Shown here: in pieces, positions 1 through 6,724 of the stretch
How positions within the stretch are numbered: position 1 is the stretch's first letter
How the letters are laid out: each line of letters starts with the position of its first letter
DNA from: Fidelibacterota bacterium
GTDB lineage: Bacteria; Fidelibacterota; Fidelibacteria; Fidelibacterales; Fidelibacteraceae
Assembly (NCBI GenBank): GCA_034723415.1
Contig: JAYEOX010000108.1
Location: 1-12,775 of the forward strand
Direction of reading: 5' to 3'
DNA: 12,775 nucleotides
Translations under genes and position numbers: made by a program
The notes under the pieces: model-generated
What the model saw: the letters and a program-made list of their open reading frames with translations, nothing else
Told to the model about the DNA's origin: nothing
Database searches by the model: none

Positions 1-2
1 AT

Positions 3-356
3 CAAGTTGGATTTGATCTGTCATTAGCAATAATAGGCAAATATGCACTTGAATCAGAAAATGATTTGATCATTATTAATCCTAAAATTATAGAATATTC
101 GGATGAAAAGACATTCGAAGAAGAAGGATGTCTATCAATTCCCGGTATTACAGAAAAAGTAACTAGATCAAAACATATTGTTTTAAAATATCAAGATCTA
201 AATTTAGAAACCATTACAAAGGAATTTGTTGATCTGCCGGCGAGAGTTATTCAGCATGAAACTGACCATTTAAATGGGGTCTTCTTTACTGACAGATTAA
301 GTTTTGTAAAGAAAAAATTATTGAATAAACAGTTAAATGAAATAGCGAAAAGTTAA
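3..356 (+). CDS. def: Peptide deformylase, 5'-truncated by the window edge
   Basis: The frame is open from position 3 (QVGFDLSLAIIG..., the end of motif 1). It contains EGCLS (motif 2) and QHETDHLNG (HExxH motif 3). The TTG at 66 is internal, not the real start. Confidence 0.96.
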   Translation, partial: QVGFDLSLAIIGKYALESENDLIIINPKIIEYSDEKTFEEEGCLSIPGITEKVTRSKHIVLKYQDLNLETITKEFVDLPARVIQHETDHLNGVFFTDRLSFVKKKLLNKQLNEIAKS

Positions 357-538
357 AATATTACACAATTCAATTAAATTTTTAATCTTTACATAACTTC
401 TGTTAGAAATTCTCTAAGAAGGAATGATAATTTAACTAAGATATTGTAACTAAATCTAACTATGCAAAAATTAAATAATTCATTAGGTCTTAAAAATATT
501 TCATTTTTCCAAAATATAGAATATCTTTAATTTTTCCC

Positions 539-639
539 TTTTGTGGGCACTATTGGACTTCCCGCCTGCCTACAAAATATTGAAAAATTTATTCTACAAA
601 ACATTGGTGGGCAGGGAACCAATGACTTCCTGTTTGTAA
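539..639 (-). repeat. Displaced copy of the tRNA-Val 3' half (att-like direct repeat), interrupted by a 55-bp insertion
   Basis: 539-560 ttttgtgggcactattggactt is identical to 699-720. 616-639 gaaccaatgacttcctgtttgtaa matches 721-744 gaaccaatgactccctgcttgtaa with 2 mismatches. The homology ends in the anticodon loop. Confidence 0.92.
561..615. mobile_element. 55-bp miniature insertion with inverted arms (REP/MITE-like)
   Basis: It is absent from the intact tRNA, where ggactt and gaacc are contiguous. The arms are cctgcctac (565-573) and gtgggcagg (607-615), with one G-T mismatch. There is an internal 12/13 direct repeat, ctacaaaa(t/c)attg, at 570-582 and 594-606. Confidence 0.6.
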
Positions 640-703
640 TAATAAAATTAAAAAATACCATTTTCTTTGACTATTACTTTTCATAATTCTACTTGTTTTT
701 TTG

Positions 704-778
704 TGGGCACTATTGGACTTGAACCAATGACTCCCTGCTTGTAAGGCAGGTACTCTGAACCAACTGAGTTAAGCGCCC
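704..778 (-). tRNA. tRNA-Val (anticodon TAC), CCA not encoded
   Basis: The reverse complement GGGCGCTTAACTCAGTTGGTTCAGAGTACCTGCCTTACAAGCAGGGAGTCATTGGTTCAAGTCCAATAGTGCCCA folds as a cloverleaf. Acceptor stem GGGCGCT/AGTGCCC, anticodon arm CCTGC-CTTACAA-GCAGG, T arm ATTGG-TTCAAGT-CCAAT. It is followed by CAA. Confidence 0.97.
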
Positions 779-800
779 TTGCAATTTTAAAAAGCTTTAA

Positions 801-829
801 ATAATATAAAAATAATTCTTTTTATGCAA
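801..829 (-). promoter_or_regulatory. Sigma70-type promoter for tRNA-Val
   Basis: Minus strand TTGCAT (829-824), a 17-nt spacer, then TATTAT (806-801), lying 22 nt upstream of the tRNA 5' end. Confidence 0.6.
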
Positions 830-863
830 GCAAATTATTTAATTTCTGAATATTATTCACATC

Positions 864-2342
864 CTACTTCTTCCAACTCCAATAAACAGTAACTTGAGTA
901 AATCTTTGATTTGGAAAAACATTTTGAGCAGAATAAACATAACTATTTAAAATATTTCTCACCTGTAATTCTATTGTAAATGTTTGAACAGTTCCACTAA
1001 AGTAAGCGTTCATTGTCCAATTACCGGAATAAAAATCATCAGATTGATAAATTGGAATATAGCGCAACAAAGCTGAATTAAATTTTACATCATTTGGATA
1101 TCTGTGATATTGATACATTCCTTCAACCCTTGAATTTACCAATAAATTTCTATCAAATAATTTAAATTTACTTTTTATTCCTGTATGAAGATCTATAATA
1201 TCCGGATGATAAAAATTATAATTAAAGTTACTGGTAAAATTATAATTAAATTGTGAAAATATTTTAAAATAATTAAAATTGATACTTGCAAATAATTCTT
1301 CATTAGAGAATAAACTTTTATTTTCTTCAACTAATATTAAAGAATCATTCTGATAAAATATTGAATTGGAATTATTTAATTGCGAGTAAATAGATCCTGA
1401 ATACTTGATATCAAAAATTCTATTGGAAATATTTAATTCAATTTCCCCGCCGATCATTTTATCCATAAAATTAATATCAGAAAAATATTTATTCAATTCA
1501 AATGGAGTTTTTTTAGTCTGATAAAACAAATTAATTTTTAATGGTCGTGTTTTAAAAATAATATTCATTTGAGTATAAATTTTATCATTGGAATAGTATT
1601 TTGCAAAAGCATTAGCTGTTATCCTTCCAAAATCAATTGTAAGACCGGACTCAATATCCCACAAATATTCATATTCATCATCATACCAGTAATCAATATT
1701 TTCACCTAAAATATTAAATTTCAGATTCCCAAGTGAAAAAGAATTTCCTAATTTTGAAACTGTGTAAAAATGATGACCTATTAGCGTAGAATCTATATTT
1801 TTTTTATTTACATCAATCATCTTTAATGATCCAAATAAATTCAAATACTTACTACCATAATTATGATCAAAAGATAAGTTGTGAGTTATTAAATCATATT
1901 TTACAAGATTGCTTGACACTTGAATATTAGGATGAAAATTTATTCGTGAATAATTTAATACAGATCTATCGGTTACTAATTTTCCCCAAAAACCAAATCT
2001 ATCAGTTGGTGAAGCTCCTTTATAATTAAGCCATTCGCTTGCGAACATTAATTTCTTATCTCTCGTTATCGGTCTATATTTTACTAATACTTCAGATGAA
2101 GCGTAATCTGCTTGCACCCATTTCAAAAAAGTATATGTTGAATCAAAATCCTTTGGGAATTTACACTCTCCAAAAGAGATCCAATTCTTTGGGTAAATTG
2201 TATTCACTTCTCTATCATGGGGAGAAAATGTCAAATATTTTGAATAAGTATCAATACCTAATTCTTGTGAAAATAAAATATTAAAAAATAATATATAAAC
2301 AAACAATAGAATGAATATTTTTTTAAATATTATTTTTAACAT
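864..2342 (-). CDS. Putative outer-membrane beta-barrel protein (putative porin / TonB-receptor-barrel-like)
   Basis: N-terminal signal peptide (MLKIIFKKIFILLFVYILFFNILFS-QE). The body is rich in Y/F/N/S with amphipathic strands and ends VRNILN...RFTQVTVYWSWKK, resembling a beta-signal. The start may instead be ATG 2366. Confidence 0.55.
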   Translation of the reverse strand: MLKIIFKKIFILLFVYILFFNILFSQELGIDTYSKYLTFSPHDREVNTIYPKNWISFGECKFPKDFDSTYTFLKWVQADYASSEVLVKYRPITRDKKLMFASEWLNYKGASPTDRFGFWGKLVTDRSVLNYSRINFHPNIQVSSNLVKYDLITHNLSFDHNYGSKYLNLFGSLKMIDVNKKNIDSTLIGHHFYTVSKLGNSFSLGNLKFNILGENIDYWYDDEYEYLWDIESGLTIDFGRITANAFAKYYSNDKIYTQMNIIFKTRPLKINLFYQTKKTPFELNKYFSDINFMDKMIGGEIELNISNRIFDIKYSGSIYSQLNNSNSIFYQNDSLILVEENKSLFSNEELFASINFNYFKIFSQFNYNFTSNFNYNFYHPDIIDLHTGIKSKFKLFDRNLLVNSRVEGMYQYHRYPNDVKFNSALLRYIPIYQSDDFYSGNWTMNAYFSGTVQTFTIELQVRNILNSYVYSAQNVFPNQRFTQVTVYWSWKK

Positions 2343-2487
2343 TATTACTATTTTTTGAATAATCATTTTATCCCAAAAAATATTTTAAAAAGTAATTAAT
2401 TTTTTTCATATTTGTTATATTTACATCCATAAACATTTCCAATATTCAATTTTGTATCAGGTTCTCCATAACTTAAAATAGAAATTT

Positions 2488-3165
2488 CTATTCTATTATT
2501 TTTTCCTTTGCTTGCCCACTTAAATGAGTATCTTGTGAGAGATATTTTTCGCGCCTTGGCGACTTTGCGTGAAACTTATCTGAGGGAAAATATTCCGGCA
2601 AATGTTGAATCACATATTCCAATATTTTAGGTAAAATAATGAAAAATATCAATGTGTTAACTACAATATGAATCACACTAAATGGAATCCCGGCAATATA
2701 AGTTGCAATAATTTGTTTGAAACCGAATCCTGAAGCAATTGGAAATGCAAGTGTTGTCAATGAATCATAGATAATTGTCAATATAAATCCTGCAGCACCT
2801 AATAATATACTGAATGCAATTTTATTTTCCTGAAAATATTGTGTAAATCCTCTAAAAACATAACCGGCGATGGCAATAATACCAAAACCGACAACTTGAG
2901 CCAATAATAATGGCGGAAAAGCTAAGCTGCTCCCAAATGGATTCAATGAGCTGAAGACAATTTCTCCAATTATTGCTACAATTAATCCTCGTTTCAATCC
3001 AAAAAGCAATCCGGATAAAAATGTAATAAGAGTAAGAAATTCAATATTGGGAATATATAAAAAGGCAAATCCAAGTCCCCAAAATAATGCAAGAAATATT
3101 CCTACTTCACTAATTTTTTTATTACGCTTAAATAATTCAAATATTTTTTTTCTTTTCTTTTCCAT
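2488..3165 (-). CDS. ECF transporter S-component (CbrT-like, possibly cobalamin)
   Basis: About 6 hydrophobic helices with IPNIE, SGLLFGLKRG, YDSLTT and GIPFSVIHIVVN motifs typical of S-components. The start is placed at MEKK (3165) because the longer start at 3243 lies deep inside the upstream HD gene. Confidence 0.72.
   Translation of the reverse strand: MEKKRKKIFELFKRNKKISEVGIFLALFWGLGFAFLYIPNIEFLTLITFLSGLLFGLKRGLIVAIIGEIVFSSLNPFGSSLAFPPLLLAQVVGFGIIAIAGYVFRGFTQYFQENKIAFSILLGAAGFILTIIYDSLTTLAFPIASGFGFKQIIATYIAGIPFSVIHIVVNTLIFFIILPKILEYVIQHLPEYFPSDKFHAKSPRREKYLSQDTHLSGQAKEKIIE
2547..2574. repeat. GC-rich 8-bp-periodic, quasi-palindromic short element within the S-component tail
   Basis: tttcgcgccttggcgactttgcgtgaaa, with units ttcgcgcc / ttggcgac / tttgcgtg. 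The ends tttcgcgc and gcgtgaaa are complementary with one G-T pair. Confidence 0.55.
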
Positions 3166-4135
3166 TATCTTTATGATTATCCTTGTAAAGTGGAATTCTA
3201 AAATAATTACTAAGTGAAGTCCAGTTATTATCACCAACATCATTTTCTACAGCTTGATCATACATATTCATTCGAGCATCTAATTCATCAAGATAATGCA
3301 CAATAATTGCTTCCGGCAATGCAGGTTTCTTTGGAGATTGATATTCGTATTTTCCTTGATGAGAAAGTATAATATGTTCAATTTTTAAAGCCAGCTCTTC
3401 AGGGAAATCATCAATATTTTTTATCGCATTTTGAATCATTGAATAACCAATTACAATATGACCTAAAAAATTTCCTTCATCTGTGTAAATGTTATTAGGA
3501 AAGCCACTTAATTCTTTTAATTTACCAATATCATGAAGCAAAATTCCGGTCACAATTAAATCTTTGTTTACTTCATAATTTTTAATAGCAATAAGCCCCA
3601 TTCTTAATACCGATTCTATATGCTCAATAAAACCTCCAACAAAAGCATGATGCAATTTCATACTTGCCGGAAATTTTAAAATATCATCTTTTTTCTGATA
3701 ATATATTTTTTTAACTAATTCTTTTAAAAATGGATTATTTATATTTTCAATTGCTTTTTGAATATTTTCCCATAATTGGTCAACATTTTTTTCTGTAGTT
3801 GGTAAAAGCAACTTCCAAGAGAATCCTTTATCTGCAAATTCTGATTCATCTATTCCTACTATCTTTTCAATATTTAATTGATTTTTCCCATTATATTCTT
3901 CAACAATTGCTTTAACACCAACCGCCATACCAACATCAATTTTATCATTTATCTCCTTCGCATTATCCCAAATTTTACCGGCGATCATTCCGGTTGCATC
4001 ACTTAAAAAAATATCCAAATATAATTTATTACCACGAGTTAATCTCAAATTTTTACTTTTAAGTAATAAATAGCTCCATACTTCATCCTGATTTTCATAC
4101 TCTTTTATTGATTTTAATTTATTTTTATGTGTCAT
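3137..4135 (-). CDS. yhaM: YhaM/Cbf1-family 3'-5' exoribonuclease (OB fold + HD domain)
   Basis: N-terminal OB fold (YLDIFLSDATGMIAGKIW...EYNGKNQL), followed by PASMKLHHAFVGGFIEH, LLHDIGK, GNFLGH, HIILSHQG and HYLDELDA. SD AGGAG at 4149-4145. Confidence 0.88.
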   Translation of the reverse strand: MTHKNKLKSIKEYENQDEVWSYLLLKSKNLRLTRGNKLYLDIFLSDATGMIAGKIWDNAKEINDKIDVGMAVGVKAIVEEYNGKNQLNIEKIVGIDESEFADKGFSWKLLLPTTEKNVDQLWENIQKAIENINNPFLKELVKKIYYQKKDDILKFPASMKLHHAFVGGFIEHIESVLRMGLIAIKNYEVNKDLIVTGILLHDIGKLKELSGFPNNIYTDEGNFLGHIVIGYSMIQNAIKNIDDFPEELALKIEHIILSHQGKYEYQSPKKPALPEAIIVHYLDELDARMNMYDQAVENDVGDNNWTSLSNYFRIPLYKDNHKDNGKEKKKNI

Positions 4136-4159
4136 AAATAATTTCTCCTAATTGGATAA

Positions 4160-4195
4160 AATATATTACAAAGTAAAAATTTCACAAGTAAAAAT
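4160..4195 (-). promoter_or_regulatory. Possible internal promoter for yhaM with an overlapping 10-bp direct repeat
   Basis: TTGTGA (4187-4182), a 16-nt spacer, then TATATT (4165-4160). aagtaaaaat occurs at both 4171-4180 and 4186-4195. The AT-rich context makes chance matches plausible. Confidence 0.3.
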
Positions 4196-4239
4196 ATTTT
4201 CTATAAAATTGTGTAAATCTTAAAGAAATTCATTTATTA

Positions 4240-5085
4240 TTATAACTTCAACTTACCCTTTTTATCAAAATTTTTTACTTTGCCATCAATGATAATCCCG
4301 GTAACTCCCCTATACCAAATAGATTCAAAATATGGATTAAAAACTGTAATATTTTCTTTTGATTCCTTTAAAATATCTGTTGAACTGTGTTTATCCTTTG
4401 ACCAATCGGATGGAGCAATGTTCATTGCCTTACTGGAATCAGCAAGTATATAAAATGGAACTTCTCTCTCATAAGCAATTCTCAATGCAGAATGAGTGCC
4501 GACCTTATTTATAAACCCGCCTTCCCAATACCAATCGGCACCAACAAATATAATATCACTTGAATCAATCGCACGTTCCATTGCGGCATCTGTATATAAA
4601 GAAACCGGAACATCAATGGTTGACAAAAATTTCGCAAGTGCAGTCCCCTCACAAACAGGACGAGCTTCTGTTGTTGCTACAGAAATAGGAATTTTCTGTT
4701 CTATTGCATTCATAATTGATTTTCTTACAATTGAACTATGGCTAAATGTAAATATTTTATTATTTTTTTTAATTAATTTTAATGATTCTTTAATAGTTAA
4801 TTCAATATTTTCATTTATTTTTTTCTCAAAATCATTTAACAATCTTATTAAATCACCTTTATTGTTATTAAGATAATGATTAAGATTTGGAAAGAGAGCC
4901 ACCAATGGATGTGCCTTTATAACTTTTTCATAAAAATAATTCATATTTTCTTTTTTAGCTTTTAATGACAAATTGTCATTTTCAGTAAAGAATCTTTTTA
5001 AAACATGAATATATTTAAATAATAAAGTCGTAGCGCCTGCTTCCTGTTCCAATAAAAGTGCCTCAAATTCAGGATAACGTTTCAT
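4240..5085 (-). CDS. eIF-2B alpha/beta/delta family protein (IF-2B fold; archaeal aIF2B / R15P isomerase-like)
   Basis: Motifs TFSHSSIV, EARPVCEG, TDAA, VGAD, NKVGT, DSSK and NPYFE. It overlaps the upstream gene by 17 nt and has an AGGGGG SD. Confidence 0.88.
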   Translation of the reverse strand: MKRYPEFEALLLEQEAGATTLLFKYIHVLKRFFTENDNLSLKAKKENMNYFYEKVIKAHPLVALFPNLNHYLNNNKGDLIRLLNDFEKKINENIELTIKESLKLIKKNNKIFTFSHSSIVRKSIMNAIEQKIPISVATTEARPVCEGTALAKFLSTIDVPVSLYTDAAMERAIDSSDIIFVGADWYWEGGFINKVGTHSALRIAYEREVPFYILADSSKAMNIAPSDWSKDKHSSTDILKESKENITVFNPYFESIWYRGVTGIIIDGKVKNFDKKGKLKL

Positions 5086-5743
5086 AACTTTTTACCCCCT
5101 TTGGTAATTTAACATTGTTTGAATTTTTATCTTCTATTAATTTTTTTTGAAATTTGAATAATTTGCTAATTTCTTTAATAGATCTATCCATGTTTTTTAA
5201 AGCTTTCTTCGCTCTACCAAATTCACCTTTTCTACGACTTAATTCAGCAATATAATAATATAACATCGAACTATTTTTATCAGATTTTTTGCTTTCTAAC
5301 AAAGTTCTCCCAAAATATTGAATAGCCGTCTCCCTATATTCATTAGCTTTATCCGGTAATTTATCATCATCATTTAACCACGCAATTCTTAAATTACAAT
5401 CAGCGAGTAAAAATTCAGAACTTTTCTTTATGTTTAATATTTTTAAATAATTTTTAAATAAATCATAAGTAGTTGGATTATTATCTGTAAAGTTTGCTAA
5501 ATAATCCATGGATTCAACATAATTTTTAACTTCATTTAAGTTATCAGGTACATTAGAAAAATCGTGATCAATATAATAACAATTGTGACACATTAATAAC
5601 CAGTCGTCTAATAAATCATCTTGAACCGTGTGAATTCTGAAATCCGAATCAATAGATTCAATTTGAAAGATATTATCTTTTGGATTATTTGTAATCCTAT
5701 TACCACATACCGGACATAGAATATTATTTTCTTCATTTTCCAT
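5069..5743 (-). CDS. DUF2225-family protein (Zn ribbon + TPR-like helices)
   Basis: CPVC...DSDFR...CHNCYY, followed by LRIAWL and YYIAELSRRKGEFGRA, which is the characteristic DUF2225 (COG1655) layout. Confidence 0.82.
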   Translation of the reverse strand: MENEENNILCPVCGNRITNNPKDNIFQIESIDSDFRIHTVQDDLLDDWLLMCHNCYYIDHDFSNVPDNLNEVKNYVESMDYLANFTDNNPTTYDLFKNYLKILNIKKSSEFLLADCNLRIAWLNDDDKLPDKANEYRETAIQYFGRTLLESKKSDKNSSMLYYYIAELSRRKGEFGRAKKALKNMDRSIKEISKLFKFQKKLIEDKNSNNVKLPKGVKSYETLS

Positions 5744-5798
5744 ATTATCACCATAATAATTTTATTTAATTTAATGATTTTTTTGAATTAATAAAAAT

Positions 5799-6260
5799 TT
5801 AAAATTTAATTTTTAACCATTTTTTCTGTGGAAAATCGATTGTAAACATTTTATTTATTATTTTTATCGCCTTTTTATGATTTTCCCAAGCAACTTGTTC
5901 TATCGCTTCTTCAAAAGTTAACCAACTATATTCACTATGTTCTTTACTCAATTTTACAGAAACATTTTTTACATCAGCTATGAATACTGGAACAAGATTA
6001 AAACGATCCTGATCCGCTTCATAAAAATTACTTGTAAAATCTGCAACATAAAAATTATTTGGAATTAAACCTGTCTCCTCTTTTAATTCTCTTAATGCAG
6101 CTTTCCAAGCACTCTCATTTTTCTTAATTTTACCATGAACACAGTGGTAAATTCCTTCATATTGCAATCCAACATTGCGTTTCATTATTAAAAATTTTAA
6201 TTCTGGAAAACTACGATTAATTACCCAACAATCAATAACACGAGTTACAATTTTAGTCAT
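5799..6260 (-). CDS. Nudix hydrolase, NudB / dATP pyrophosphohydrolase-like
   Basis: Nudix box GKIKKNESAWKAALRELKEETGL and the downstream LSKEHSEYSWL motif seen in NudB/Ap4A-hydrolase-type enzymes. Confidence 0.9.
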   Translation of the reverse strand: MTKIVTRVIDCWVINRSFPELKFLIMKRNVGLQYEGIYHCVHGKIKKNESAWKAALRELKEETGLIPNNFYVADFTSNFYEADQDRFNLVPVFIADVKNVSVKLSKEHSEYSWLTFEEAIEQVAWENHKKAIKIINKMFTIDFPQKKWLKIKF

Positions 6261-6284
6261 TTGAACCCAAAATATTTTTATTAA

Positions 6285-6704
6285 TTAAAATGGCAGATCG
6301 TCATCTTCTGCTTGGCTGTCATTTGACTCTGTTTTTTGTTTTTGAAAATTTTGTTGCGAATTATCACCTTTTCCTAACATTGTAATCGTCTCTATCATTA
6401 CCTCAGTTGTATATTTATCGTTCCCATCTTTATCTTGCCATTTTCGAGTTTGTAACCTTCCATCAATATAAACCAAACGACCTTTTGAAAGGTAGTTGGC
6501 AATATAATCTGCAGTTTTACCAAATGCAACGCATCGATGCCATTCTGTCCTTTCTGTATATTCATTATCATTTTTTCTTTTGAATGTCTGATTAGTTGCA
6601 ACACTAATATTCACAACATGAATATTAGTAGAGGTTGATTTAAGCTCCGGATCTTGTCCTAAATGCCCCACTAATATCACTTTGTTCATTGAATTCTTGT
6701 GCAT
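6285..6704 (-). CDS. ssb: Single-stranded DNA-binding protein
   Basis: NKVILVGHLGQDPE, TEWHR, KGRLVYIDGRLQTRKW and the acidic tip DDDLPF. SD AGGAGG at 6715-6710. Confidence 0.98.
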   Translation of the reverse strand: MHKNSMNKVILVGHLGQDPELKSTSTNIHVVNISVATNQTFKRKNDNEYTERTEWHRCVAFGKTADYIANYLSKGRLVYIDGRLQTRKWQDKDGNDKYTTEVMIETITMLGKGDNSQQNFQKQKTESNDSQAEDDDLPF

Positions 6705-6724
6705 AATATCCTCCTGTTTATTTA

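Noticed and set aside
398..420. Possible terminator hairpin after def (ttaga-aattc-tctaa)
   Set aside because: Weak 5-bp AT-rich stem without a U-tract.
539..639. Second functional or intron-containing tRNA
   Set aside because: No 5' half (acceptor 5' strand or D arm) is present, and the 55-bp insert is far too short for a self-splicing intron.
539..744. CRISPR-like repeat-spacer array
   Set aside because: There are only two copies, the repeat is tRNA sequence, and there are no cas genes in the window.
2039..2284. 81-aa + strand ORF
   Set aside because: Antisense to the barrel gene, with a TTG start and no recognisable motif.
2367..2487. Cobalamin or other riboswitch between the S-component and barrel genes
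   Set aside because: The region is short and very AT-rich, with no B12-box or stable stems visible.
3166..3243. Longer N-terminus for the S-component as given by the ORF track
   Set aside because: It would overlap yhaM by 107 nt. The MEKK start at 3165 gives a typical basic N-terminus.
4496..4876. 126-aa + strand ORF
   Set aside because: Antisense shadow of the eIF2B-like gene.
5758..5800. Imperfect AT-only inverted repeat between the Nudix and DUF2225 genes
   Set aside because: Expected by chance at this base composition.
6398..6604. 68-aa alternative-frame ORF
   Set aside because: Lies wholly inside ssb with no independent support.
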